NCBI GenBank assembly: GCA_976226885.1
Contig: OZ320316.1
Span: 35,278,001-35,342,000, forward strand
Origin: Iphione sp. A-MEVVRFRX5
Taxonomy: Eukaryota
Length of the DNA stretch: 64,000 bases
Reading direction: 5' to 3'
The position numbers were made by a program, and so were the translations under genes. Below are positions 35,291 through 49,200 of the stretch, piece after piece. Each line of letters starts with the position of its first letter. Position 1 is the stretch's first letter. The notes under the pieces were generated by a model, which saw only the letters and a program-made list of their open reading frames with translations, did no database searches and was not told the DNA's origin.

Positions 35291-37069
35291 GTTCCTGGTT
35301 AAAGATACAATGAAATGTTACTGTCTGTTTGTCTCTCTTTCTCTTTCTCTGTCTCTCTCTCTCGTTCTCATTCTCTGCAGGTTTATTCAACAAGTTAAAC
35401 TCTCAAAGTGAGGGCATAAAACTCCATTCTAACAATTATCCTGTGTTTCACCATGGGTGTTCGATTCCCGGAAGATTTCATGCAAAAATTGCATCTTTAC
35501 GAACTGAAATCTAAAAAGTGAAGATTGCTATCACTACCATCTGGTGTAAATTAAGGAGATCATAATATTACAAAATGGCTAGGGATGTAGCGTACGAAGT
35601 AAATCAGCATGCGTCCATGAATACATAGTTAATTAATCACGCATAATGTTTTTGCCGGCTAGAACAGAAAGTGCTGACATTCAAAACAGATGAAGTAGCA
35701 GATATTTATCCCGAATTATGTGAATGTCCAAATAGAGCTCCATTCTTCACTTCTGCACTTCATCTTTAATTAGGAAAGTGTGTAATATATTAAGTGCATT
35801 GAGTTTCTACTGGCCTCACGATCGGTGAATGCAAATCCTTAGCACGGTACACTTCTACTATCCCATGATCGCCGAACGTTGTCAAAGTGTCACATTTGGT
35901 TTCATGTTGCACTTCCAAAGTATGCACTCATCAGAAAAAAAGAGGTCGGAACCAGTGTAACATATGTGCTTTCAGAATGTGAGGCATGTGAAAACAAGTA
36001 ATATACAGTCAAACCTCTATTTCCGACCACCAGTCTGGCCCAAGCAGAAAATTAATGGTCTGATTGGCAAATTTGGTTTGAAATTGATAATTGTTCAGGT
36101 AAGAACTCTAGATTTCTGTTTCCACCTGAGGTGGTCATATTTCCGAGAAAGTCACAAATCTATATGATCCCAAATAGATGGTCCACTGAATTTTGGTATT
36201 TGCATAAGTCTAATAAAGAAATGCGACACTTGGTTCCAATTTCAAGTCTGTTTAATCAACACACAGTGCCTGTATATATAGTGAGGCACAGTCATGTGAC
36301 CAAGTGTAGGGGGAACCAAACATGGTATGCTTTACACAGAGTATATTACTTCCGTAGAATTAAGGATATTTTAAGCCAATTTGAACAGGTCATACCTGTA
36401 CAGTGTAGCTTATCATGGCAGTGGTGCCCCTGTAGTAAGAAACCAACCAATCACCACACAGATCTTTAATACAATGTTTCAAGGCTAGATCAGGTGGTCC
36501 TATTAGCACCACTGTATTTAGTAACCCAACCGTATTTGGTAATCTATGCAGAACAGATAAGTGGGGCTTGCCCCTGGCCTGCACCAAGTGAACCCATAAA
36601 ACTGTTACAGTGAAGCTTGTAGAGGTGTTCCACGGGTGCCACTGAAATTCACTGAGTTGACCTGTCACTCTGTACTACATGAAATCTTGACTCTATGCAC
36701 AAGGACAGTTGCACACCTATACATATCAAAACGAACTCCTCTTTCTCAATGTTATTGACGAATTCCAGCCAAATACAGCTGTATTAGTGCTGGTGGCAAA
36801 AAAAACAAAAAGAGAGTACCATTAGAATAGGGAAATTACATCCGAATATAACCCTAACACAACAGAGTATTGATACAGACTAATTCCTCCTGAGCATTAC
36901 CATAATAGATCAGAATATGAAATATTACCAACATGGGGCACTGCCTCTGTTGGACTGACCTGACACTGTCCAGCTGTCATGGTCACAATTTTCTATGGTA
37001 TTGTATTTTGATACTTTTTCGCTGCAGTATTACATTATCGTCGCATCTTGTAAATTGACGGATGGAACT

Positions 37070-38400
37070 AAGCATATTACGAACAAGAGACCCAATCAGT
37101 TGAAAATATCTAAAGTCACTCTGCTGTGCAAAGGAGGAAAAAAGGACATTATGGGTAACAGCACACCTACATCAGTACTGAATGTTTCACACAAAATTGT
37201 TAAACACATTCTTAAATATCAACTGCAAAGGTTTTTGACAGGTCCCATTTTATATCCACTACAAAATGGATACAGATTAAACAGATCAACGTCAGATGTG
37301 ACCTGTAATATTGATCACATAACATAATGGATTTTCAAAAACGAAGACAATGCTTTCGTGCTATCTTGACATAAAGAAGTCTTTTGGCACTGTTGATCAT
37401 AGAATTTTACTTAACAAGTAAAGAGACAAGAAAGTCTCCCAAGATGCTGTTGATCTAATCAACAACTATTTGCTAGAGAGAACCATAACACATTACATGC
37501 TGCCAGTATCACCAAATGTGTACCACAGAGATCAGTCTATCTAATTTTGCTTGTATTTCAACGACCTACCCTATTGTACATGCAAGGACAATACCACATA
37601 TATGTTTGCTGCCGACACTGCTATTATTATTCAACAGTAATCCCGCATTGGTTATCACAGAAATGAACGAGACATTAAAACAAGTGTCTGATTGGCTTAT
37701 TATACACAGGTTGCAACTTAATATCTCTAAAGCTCAATATATGATATTTACCAACAATAGGAACAATACAGCCGTTACCGAAGGTGTTTATCAATGATAG
37801 GCCTATTCAACAAGTAAGATCCAGGACTATGGATTAATGAGAATCTCAATTTCAGAGTGCATGTAGAGGAAATTGTCAAGAAAATGCATAGAACTGGTGC
37901 ATGTACAAGCAGATTTCATCACGCTTAACCAAGGTTCAAATATTTATGCTGTATACAACAATTATTGTACCCATTTCAACATGGATGTCATCTAGGGGGT
38001 TTCCAATAAGGGGAAATTTATGTAGCATTCTCCTTTATCAAAACAAACTCCTAAAAGAATCCCAAAACTTGACAAATACACCAGAACAAAAGACCTGTAC
38101 AAGAATCTGAATCTCTTGAATGTACATCAACAACGTGAATTAAATATTTTATCCACATTTTAGAGCTATGATGAAGGGCTTGAACAAAAGGCCTTTCAAC
38201 AAAAGGAATTAACATTAAACCTCAGAACTGCTGGTAGATTGTTACTCACAACACCTGCTTACACAACTATTAATGTATGCAAAAAGAGCAATTTCATAGT
38301 CACCACTCTGTGGAATAAGTGTAAAGGTTTTCCTGACACAGGTCTCACCTACAAATAATTTTCAAGGGACATGAGAAAGTTCATTATTGAAAATGGTTAC
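37070..38400 (+). mobile_element. Decayed LINE reverse transcriptase (CR1/L2-group)
   Basis: PNQLKISKVTLLCKGG...TPTSVLNVSHKI...QNGYR...RST; LDIKKSFGTVDHRILLNK (cf. D-x-x-KAFD-x-V-x-H); a FADDT-like relic at 37600-37620; VSDWL...LQLNISKAQYMIF. Several frameshifts. Confidence 0.85.
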
Positions 38401-39260
38401 CAATGTATGTATGTCCATATGAAAACCGAATGTATCATTCGATACGTACATATTGAACTTAAGAAATAAATAAATATATGTACAGTCAAATACCATGCAC
38501 TATTCGGACAAACCACATAATTAACAACACTTCAACATAGAACAAATAGTGCATAATGTAGTATATTTTGATAAGACAATGCGGACATGACTATAAATTA
38601 GGCAGTTTGGATCAGAACTTGTCTTTTGCCTGCCCATCAGTGAATTGTATGTTTCAGACTTTTCGGTCTTTGTAAGATATTTTAGTCTGAATCAATGACC
38701 TATTCTTTTGCCTCACTAATTTTAGCACATATGTTCCTCTGAGTCTTTGTTTATTGCCAATCTTCCTTTTTACCAGTTACCTTGGCTTTAATATACACTT
38801 TTCTTTTTATCATAGTTTGTTTAATAACTTCATTATCGATCCATGAGTTAGATTTGTAAGTACAGTGGGATGTCCATTCGCAGACACGCCTGGGATGCGG
38901 ACACGTCCCAAATTGGGACGATTTGTAGAAGAACCAACTCTCTTCCCATACATAACCATTATAGCAGCAGGTCTACAATAAGGACAGCTTTTACAGGACA
39001 GATTTTACAGAGCATCCCTCTATGGACAGTGTTGTTGCGCAAATGTGGGCCTTCCTAACCCCCTGACACCGTCAAAAGGTAGGATTTCACGTCTCTGTAC
39101 ATATTTTCGCGCGAATTTGGGGCCTGTTGCTTAAGCTGAGGGTATGCATAGCCCCCTTAGAGGTTATTTTAGCATGTCAGTGCGAAATTTAAACAACTTG
39201 GTAGCACTTTGAACAAGCGGTTAACAGCTCAGAGAAGCCTCAGAAGTTATTTTCAAATTT

Positions 39261-39405
39261 TGCACTTTTTATGACGCTTAGTCATCAAATTCTGCACTTT
39301 TGTGGCTCTTAGTCCTCAACTTCTGCACTTTGTGGCTCTTAGTCGTCAAATTCTGCACTTTTGTGGCTCTTAGTCATCAAAATCTGCACTTTTGTTACTC
39401 TTACT
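39261..39405. repeat. Minisatellite, about 31-bp unit x5 (CTGCACTTTTGTGGCTCTTAGTCATCAAATT)
   Basis: TGCAC anchors at 39261, 39293, 39324, 39354 and 39385. Confidence 0.95.
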
Positions 39406-39599
39406 TACCTTTGGGTCATATCCTACTAACAGATCTACAAACCGACCACGTCTGAAATGCGGCCAGTTTGGAGAAAAACAGAGGGTGTCCGTAATCTGGA
39501 CGTCACACTGTAACCACAAAAGTTTTAATATGAACAGTTAATTATACTTCATGTTCAGTAATTGTTAAGAGTTGTTGTAAATATTCATTACTGTCATCG

Positions 39600-40200
39600 T
39601 CGACCATGATTAAGTTACATTTTGTTGAAATGGATTCAATTAGCCCACCAGCGTCAGCACTTTGCCAGTAACTTTTTGTAATGGATCTCTATAAGGCTTA
39701 GAGAATGTAGTTGCTCATATCGTGGTATAAAGCCAGAAATGATCGCTAAAACAACTAGGATTTCTTCCATGTTGTTTATTTCTTTTGTTGGTGGTATTTG
39801 TACATACCAGGTACCGTTAAGATCTTCTTTTGACTTTCAAGCTCCTGTTCTACCTTGTTAATTCTTAAGTCCAGCCACTTCTTCTTTAACTTCATTAACA
39901 TCTTCCTTTAATTTCCTTCACTTCGGAGGTGACTACATCGATGTTTTCTTCATTCCTTTGCTGGTATTTATCCATGACCTCTTTAATAGTACCTAGAACA
40001 GTTTTCTTGACTATTTCCATTAGAGACCCATCCAGTCTCTTGTCAGTGACTGCACTTGTGGTAGGCTCAGGCTCTTCCTGATCGTCAAGTTGTGAAGAAA
40101 TGTCCTTGTCCACCTTGTCCTCTTTCTCTTAGGTTTCTCTGTTGGTTTTGGTGAATTACTATCTTTTTTTGGTTTGAAAATTCCCGACATTGGTAAATTG
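39600..40200 (-). mobile_element. Decayed LINE ORF1-like (coiled-coil) remnant
   Basis: Heptad-like KTVLGTIKEVMDKYQQ...VKEEVAGL, then RINKVEQELESQKKILTVPG (cf. LEQYSRR-x-N-l-x-I-x-G) and EINNMEEILVVLA. Frameshifted. Confidence 0.5.
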
Positions 40201-43200
40201 ACATGATATGTTTACCGGTGCAAAGGGGTTGCCAGGTAAATAAATCCTTTTTCAAACCGCTGTAGGGAAGGTGAACAGAATCAACCTTTGCACTGAGTTC
40301 CTGCTTGACTTCATCTTGTCATCCAGATTTTGTTAGTAAAAGATAATCTCTTACTTCGTTTTAGCAGCTAATAATGGCTATAACACACAGACAGTACTTA
40401 AAGGTCGTCCACTCCTTTAAAAGATACATGTAGTGCTCGCCAATTTCTCGAAATAGACATTCACATCACAAACATTTGACAGAACAGTGAGATACTTGTA
40501 GCAGGTCGTTGTTATTGATGTTGCTTGAGTGAACGCGTTGTGATCTAGATCCGCATCAATCTACACATGCACGTCACATGCGAACAATTAAGCTACACAA
40601 CGTTGTGCACCATACCGATGTCGAGTATTACGACTCAGAATTTTGGTGGTAGATGGAAGGCGAAGGAAGGAATGAAATACGGTCTAGGAATAGGACAGTT
40701 AATATTTATAGGGCTACGTGCACCTTCCTGTGCGTATATAGACGCAATATCTAGTCATGATCAGCAGATGGATGAAGATGTTACAAGTTAGTTTGAGAAA
40801 GTTATGTAGCTCTAAAATAGAATTCTTTAACAATGTTTAAACCTTAACAGGGCTTCGCATCCCCCTCCTCTATATTTCGCTATTTGAACATACACGGCTA
40901 CTGTTTAACAACAGGTGGCAGCACTGATTAAATGTATTTTCAGCTCGACGTAGAAACCATACGGGCGTCGTCACGAGCGCCACATTCAATTTATACTTAG
41001 AGTTAATAAGGTTTCATATTTAGGTACTACGTACACAGACTGCATAACGAACTATTGTGCGAACCATTCAGAGGGGATGGTGAAACGTGTATGTACGTGC
41101 GAATCAATCTATATTATGATAATCTAGGAGTTGGTTTTGTCATCTTAAAAACTCTGCCAGAGAGGGATAGACACAATATGTTTGCTATATTCATGTTAGA
41201 TATTACTTGTGCTTTGTGTGGAACTATATGTTTTGTTGCTTAACTAGTTTCATCGTTTGTTTTGATTACTTGTTTAATGATGCCCGGCCAGACATTTTAA
41301 ACATGTGTAGTTTATGGATTTGCTATGGGGACCATTTGGTGTATACATGTATATTCATGCATATTATATTAAAATTACATTATACATTAGTTTGCCCAGG
41401 TCTAGGCTATGTCTTAATCCTAAACGCGTAAAGACGGAGGGATGTTCCAGTGTATGTCCGTGCATTCAGCCATCCAGCAGCGGGAACGTCACGTTCGGCT
41501 TGAAATTTGACTATGATGACGCGAGCTTATCCGTGTTTTATTCAAGAGAAACTGTGAAAAAAAAGCCTAAAAGATACGCACACATAGGCTTCACATGACG
41601 CTAACGTGTGTAGTGCCATGACGTTTTTAATTCTGCTTTTTACCGAGACGCCACAAAAAACTATCCCTCGGCCGGAGTGTTTTAATCAGACATGATGCTT
41701 GAGCGAGCTGCTCTCTCCTGCCCATGCTCTCATGTGTCTCCACAGCCGAACACTCATTATTTCTGATACCTCTCACGCTACTTGTCACCAAAGAAATGCT
41801 GAAATTTTGTCACATGTCGGAAGGCAGCGAAGGCGTTTGACCGGATCGCCCTTTGCCTGGCAACAAAGGACGTTGTCAAGCAGAAAACAAGACTGTCATC
41901 ATAGTGTCAGACAATATGCTGCAAGGAACCTGTATCTGAGACGTCCCGAAAATCCTTTATGGATAAGAGCGGACAAACATAGTCACAGATTAACACTTAG
42001 ACGATAGGCATACGTACATTTATATGAACATACGGTCAATCCAGGCATCAGTGACTCTCGATAAAATGTTTTAAAAAACGTTTTCCTGACATAATTATAC
42101 ATAAATTATTTCCTATCAGGTTGTCCTTGTTCTCATGTTTTTAGCTTAACACACATACACGCCGTACATACTGTTTGTAATGGTATGATAAGGTATGAGT
42201 GCAGTGGCCTAATACGGCATGACATGTGCGTAGCATCATTAAATATTCAATATTTTACATATATGTTTGTTACTGGTAGTTAAATATTGCAGCTGTCATT
42301 ATAACCAATCGTATTGATAATGGTTAATTATTATAGCTATTTGATCGTCCTGGTTGTTTGTCTTTCCTGGGAGAGACGCCTGACAGGATCGCTTTCCGTC
42401 AGTTGTACCATCGCACATATATAGCTGTATTTGGTTTTGTTGAGAGACTACTCTATAATAAAAGTGTATTTTTTTTCATTCATTCCTTCTAGCCCCATCA
42501 GGTATGTGTCGTGTAGTTTATATAATAAGCAGAGTTATGTATTGCATATTAGCTTTCATAAAAGTAGGATAACCGGTCTTGAGAATAACTCAGTGGTTGG
42601 AAGAACATTCTGCACTGTGATCCAATGCACTTTACATTCAAATTATTATCTGAATGTGTGTAAGTCTATGTAAAATAATACCAGAATATGAAGAATGACC
42701 TGACACTGGTGAATTTAATTGGAAAAGGTGCTAACGACAGCCAAATTGCGACAAAAATTGCTAATACAGGTCAATTTGGTGAGAAAAAGTGCTTAAACCA
42801 GTGAATGTTACTTATATGTGTGGAATTGTGTGGAAATGTGTCGTAATGTGTGGTAATCATGTGTTTTTTAAACTTAATCTAACTTAGATCTATAATATCA
42901 TAGCCTTCTCCAAATGCTATCCGCCATATGCTACTCATGCATTTGCACTGCCTTGCATGAAATCATGAGCATTGCCCCGAAATGAACAAACACAATGCAT
43001 TGCAAACACCAAGCCTCGCATGCAATGCAAGTCGGAAAAAGCAAATATTGCAGAGCATTTGCTCATCATAACCATATACAAAAGTTAATGCAGCAAAAAC
43101 GCATGTTAAGGCTTGGTAATGCAAGTATGGAAGTCAGACGTTACCTAATGAGATTCTTTATTAGTTTATCTTATAAATGATCCAAAAGAAATGCTACTGA

Positions 43201-46200
43201 TACACAGAATATGTGTACAGCTGCGAATTATAAATTCTTTTTCGCTTGTCTGCACGCATCATTATGCCTGCATTATACAACATACAAATGCTGCAATAGA
43301 TGCGCATAAGGAGAAGAAAGTAAATAATGCAAGTAGTTATAAACATACATTTACGTTGCACCAAAGCTACAGAGAAAGAAAGACATTTAGGACAGAATCT
43401 TTTCTGCGTTTGTAATAACATCTTTGGGTCTGATGCGCGGCGTATAGAGGACAACTGCCTTTGGGAATTAAGCATCAATTATATTCCCGCATTAAAAGCT
43501 TCAGATCTAAAAAGCCCACACAAAGACTTGTGACGTTTGGGAATTCAGAGCCGAATATCCATTCATACGAATAACACATTGAAAGCAAAATATTTCCGGA
43601 TATTCCTCTTCAACAATGGAGGGACTACAGCGCATATCTGCGGAGACTGTGGAATGAAAAAGGAGGGATGAAAGCTCAAGGGAGGAAATGCGGTGTCAAT
43701 ACCTTCTCCGAAGACACACGAGTCTACGCACATGGTGAATGACAATAGGGTGTGGTGTCAACAGGGAGAGGTGCGGCATGCTTAGCCAGCATCCTTAATA
43801 GAAGAGACAAGACATCAAAGATGCTAGTACTGCACCCCAGTGATTATCAGGTAAACACGACGAAGCGCCAAGTCATAGCATTTGCCTGGCTCAACAGACA
43901 CGTTTAAGACAGGAATGAATATGCGTTGGCATGCCCGCAGGCGTGATTATGCAAGGGAAAGAGTAGAAATGATTCTCTATAAAAGTTGTTTTGAATTGCC
44001 AGCATTTGCAATTGAGGTTTCCATATGTATATTGAAAAGCAAAGGCGTACAGACGACTCTCTTTTATGAGATTCACTCGTTAAATTTTTTTACCTTAAAT
44101 CACGTAGATGCTGTTTCATATCACTCCTTTCATTAATCCGCTTATTCGACACGTTCGTGTATAGATCGGGGGGAAAGCCTGTACCAAAAGCATGTTAAAC
44201 ATCACGTGCCGCAAGGGGTGGTGCTGCAAAGTTACAGGAAAACCTCAACCTACGTAGTAGATGCATTTAAAAATTGTCACTGCCATACCTCAGAAAAAAT
44301 GTACTGTCTGAGATGAGCAGGGCTATATTTTATTAAAACGTATCAACCGTCGATTTACCCGGGCACAGTCCGGATGTTCTCGATGCTACTCACGAAAAAT
44401 GGGAGCAAGGTGATAGGGCCGCATTATGGCCCACATCTGTGAGACTTAACATTTACAATAGGCACAATTATCTGCAGACAACAGATATATTCCCTCCAAC
44501 TTGACAATCGTAGCACGACAAACGTGTGAACGTTCAGCACACAAATCAAGCTACTGCACGAGGCAGTTCAACTTCCCTGTCTGCGGAATCAATTTACCTC
44601 CTTTATTTCTGTATACTTAACTGCAGACGCCCCTCATATGTCAGAGGTTGACCTGATCATGCAGCCTTATTTGGGATCGGATCGACTATCCGACAGGTAT
44701 GGTCACGACAAACACTTGGCAGAACAAAAAGCCATCATACAGCGAACAATTTGATCCATGGGATCTATTTGATCCCTTAAAGGTCCCTTTTATTGACTCC
44801 GTCTCGAGGTGCTGTTGCCTGAAGGTTATGTATTATATCCATGAAATTGTTCGCCGTAGATACTCTCGTTATTGAGATACATCTGTATTTTGTGTCAATA
44901 AAATAGGTGATTTCCTGTAGTCTGACCGGAGTTGATCTCGATTTAAGATTCACGTACCTTAATGACAAAACAAATGTTAATGTTCAACTGATTCTGTGGA
45001 TGAAATTCTCACAAATATGCTTTTACGTTCTTTTTCTTTTTTTTATACCCTATGCCCATTTCCTGATCGCATACTGGAGAATCTTGGCTGCTCATTCGCC
45101 TCCGGCTTTGCTCGTCATCTGCAGTGCTCTTTTCTAGTTTTCCATCCATTTTCTCAGCACAGGTATATTTCCTTTTATTTTCAATCTTTTATCATCGTAT
45201 CTCTTTTTCTCACGTATTCCCTCCTTTGAACTCGATAATAGGAGCCGTGCAAGTCCCGTTGATGTAGGCATGTCTATTGAAATGTTTCAATAACAAGTCT
45301 GACCTTATCATTTGTTGTTTTGTTGTTTTGTTAGTAAGACGATACTGTTTTGTAAATACTGAATGAACCCGTACACGAAGAGTTTTCCTGTGACTTCCAC
45401 TGCTTTGGTGGATATGAATGTTTCGCTTCTAGACACTTTCGTGGGTCTTCAAAAGGGCTGCCACATCAAATAACAATATACTAATTACGGTAAACTAAGA
45501 AGAAAAAGCGTGCGAACATAACAATGCAGTACGGACTGTTGTAATCTTTACTGTATGAACGCCCCTGACACATGAACTGGGTTCAGGTAGTTCTCATGAT
45601 TAGTGCGAGCGTGGAGTATCCTTACCATGCAACTTCACAATCTGTGGGATCAAGAGCGGGCAGAGAGTAGTCCCGATCATTTTTCCCGGGTGGCCGTCGA
45701 TGCCGCTCCATAGAGTTCATTTTCCTTATTATTTCCTGCGTAATTCACCGGCATTGTCCGTTTACAGGTTCGCTCAAAGAGAACAGATAAGGTAGAGAGT
45801 GAATGCTTTGAAATATCGATGACCTCTTTGAAGGTTTCCCTTGCACCAGCGCCGGAGGTGAATCGCGTGCAGTTATTACTCTACCTGGCTCGATAGCTTT
45901 TGTTTGAAGTACATACAAACCTATAATGTAAATAAAATCATATATCTGTATATTTTGTATTTTTAGGTTGTTTTCGGCGAAGGTCATTAGTTTCAAATCA
46001 GACAGATCTTTGTCTGAGTTATGGCGGTTGCGTGTGTAGAATAAACCAAGGAATGGCTCTAATTTAAACAACGGGATATAAGGAAAGCCGAGTAAATGTA
46101 CATGAAAATTACAGTGCTAGGATATACGGTTCCGATATCAAAATTATTCGGCGGTTGTTTATAAAAACAAATCCGCTCGTTTTATTTCAGGGAAAAAACA

Positions 46201-49200
46201 GCCTGATACGTGGTTAATAGTGAAGAGACGAAAGGTGGACTAAATATCGAATGTCGCTTTAAATAGACCCCCAAATGGAGAAAGAGAAAACGTGTGATAG
46301 CTTTGCAGCGTTCCTCGGCTGTAAACATCATTTTTAACAGGTTGAAATAATTAGAATCCGTATTGAACAGCTTGCTCAAGTCATGCGGATCTGAATGCCA
46401 AACCAATGGCTAATGAAAGAAAAACTCTTGACGAAATCAACGACTTGTGTTAGTGTTAGGTAACAACCAAATTCCTTTTTAGTATTATTAGTGCCTTAGT
46501 CATGGCTGACACATCAAGGAAAATTGATGACTAGATGCATTAATACTTCCTGAAGTGTCTCTATCGATTTTTCGGGATGCGCCGACTTTCTAATAACCTC
46601 CCATGTCAGCCGAAAGTTAATGCAACAGATATTGGCATTGAGTTACAAAACTTCTGCTGGAGCGAAATCCCTACCAGTAATAAAAGACCATACTAATGCT
46701 CTCCTCGGGAGTTCTCCTCCAAATGATTTTCGTTTCTTCCCCTGGTCGATGCTACTTTGGGTGCTGGGATAATCAACAGTGACTATGACATTTCTTGCCT
46801 TTTCCATTTCGGAATTGATAAGACTTCTGGCCCGATATAGTATCTCTATACCTGTAATCGAATGTGTAGATGTTGATTTCTTATTGCCTGCAGGAGGAAA
46901 CTATGGTATGATATTTATGAGCTATAGCCAGGATACATCGCCTTCGTGTCTAACTGTGCCCAAGGAAGAGAGCTGTTCGTGTGGGTGACACCCCGTCTAC
47001 CGGGACTGAGAATATGTTCCACGTTGATAATACAAAACAATGGACCAAATATGCCCCAGTTCCAAGCATACGTGAAACATGGTCGGAAACACTACTGTCT
47101 CCATTGACATGAAGAACTTAAGCTGGAGATGATGTCGCATCAGGAGACCATACAGTACTAATTAATTGGGTAGTGCCTCGAAACAAGATGCCATTCATAG
47201 TTATCACCGTCACACATAATACTCTAACCATTCCGAGATCTGAAATATGATGGCGTTAATAACGGAGTTTCTGGACCAGGGACAAAGCCCCGCGCCAGAA
47301 AATCCTTGGTGGTTATTAGTTCATATGCCAGTGCTTATGATCCCGGTATTGTGTTAAAATCAATAGTACATACCAATTTAAAATTAAAATTTGAGTACAG
47401 CCGTACGAGGCCCTGGTAATTGCGGAAAGAGTGAATGCTTAACATCTTTTTACATCTATGTCACCTAATTGGTCAACACATAGCATCTTATTCACTGTAA
47501 TGTCCATTCCTGTGTCATTTCTTGGCAAAGAAAACGCCGTAAAATACTGGTTTAATATACAGAATCGAACTCTTCTATCAGTGGAAATAAAACGTTTGAA
47601 AAAAAAGTATGATATTGAACTGAGGAGAAGAGTCCTATTCGGTCCGCTACTCAGAAAACCGACTCCCGGCTATCGATGCGTTATTGCATTAGGCCATACC
47701 GGCGGTGGCCAATATGGCGACCGTGTTTCCAATGTAAATAGCTGCGGCTGACCTTCCCCGTGAGACAATAAGGAGAGCCGGGCTTAATCTTGCAGGGACA
47801 TTGTGCATTCCGTTAGATATTCTTACCACGGCCGTAATATGCCTCCACCTGAGCCTACCTTGATCCCCGACTACAAGGCCCCCGGCGCGCACCCTTCTTT
47901 CCGGCCGCTCACCCGGCCGCGTCGCCGAGAACCCCCAGCACACTGTCCCCTGGTGGTGATCAGGGGGCCCCGGCCCTTGCTAATGAACGGCGCCCAATGG
48001 TAGCCTATTCATCAATTAATCCGCAGACCGGCTGTTGGTTGCCGCCTGCCTTGCCTGCGCTTGTCTAGGGAGGTTTGGGGTCCACCCTCGCAATTCCTAT
48101 GTATAATAGAAGCCCCTTGAAGGGGCCTTAGAAGACCAGCCATGACCATCTCAAGTTCAGACAGGTCTGTAGACAACAGTCTGTTGGCTGGGTGGCCATC
48201 TACCAACCTACCCCTTGTCATTCTCTGCATCGAACCGCCAGATTAAATCCTGTATTGTTATATGTGACTATTAGCATTTTCCCGTCCAGATCTTCGATGA
48301 GAGCATTTCACTGTGACCTGCATCTGTCCTGTTTTAACTCTTCCTTCTGGTTGCTCTGTTGGATACTCCAGTAGGTATCGTTCTGAGTTCCTATAGTGTA
48401 TCTTCCTGCAAAGGTATCCATTTTATTCACTTCTCCTTTCATTCAATTTACTCAATTCTGTTTTACAAATACCGGTTTTTCGTCCATGTTGTTCTGTAGA
48501 AATAGAGTATTTATTTCTTAGATTAAAACAGGTTACATTCAACGAAACACGTAGTATTTTGACGTTATATTGCAAATCTAAAAACCGTGCACGTTGAAAT
48601 TAGGGCGTAGGCTCTATTGTTCTGCACATTTCCTTTCCATCCTGGTATCCCAGTGTCGACTCCTGTTCTCTACGGTATGTCTATCCATATCGCACCGTCT
48701 GCCTCACTATGTCTTGTCTACCATTCAGCCTGACCCATTCCCATTCCTGGTCGCTTCGCCGGGCCTTAATATAATGACACTGGAGGGATAATCTACCTAA
48801 TGAGACTGATGAAGAAAGATGTCCGGCTACTGCGGCCAGCTCCTTTGATGGAATGAATTGAAAGGCGTGCGCGGAACTCGAAACATCCGCTCGTTCAGCG
48901 CCTTAGACCCCCCTATAACAGGCAATACTGCTACCAGCCCTTCTACAAAAACCATCCCCTAACCTTCAGCTTCTCGGCGCATTCCCCATCCATGGGACGT
49001 CATCCTAAACCCATGGGCGAGTCGCCGTCAGCCTCTAAGGAGGAGTGAGAGAATGAGAGAAGGCAGTGGTAATCATTTAATACTGCACGTCACGGCAATA
49101 AGTTAACGCCGCTCATTACGTTCTGATTATTACGTAATAGATTGTCGTATCGTTTGACGGCGCCTCCATCAGTCTCGCGTTACTGGCGCGACGCGCGCGC

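Noticed and set aside
46440-47000. hAT transposase dimerisation-domain remnant (LLIIPAPKVAS)
   Set aside because: A single weak motif among many stops, with no terminal inverted repeats found.
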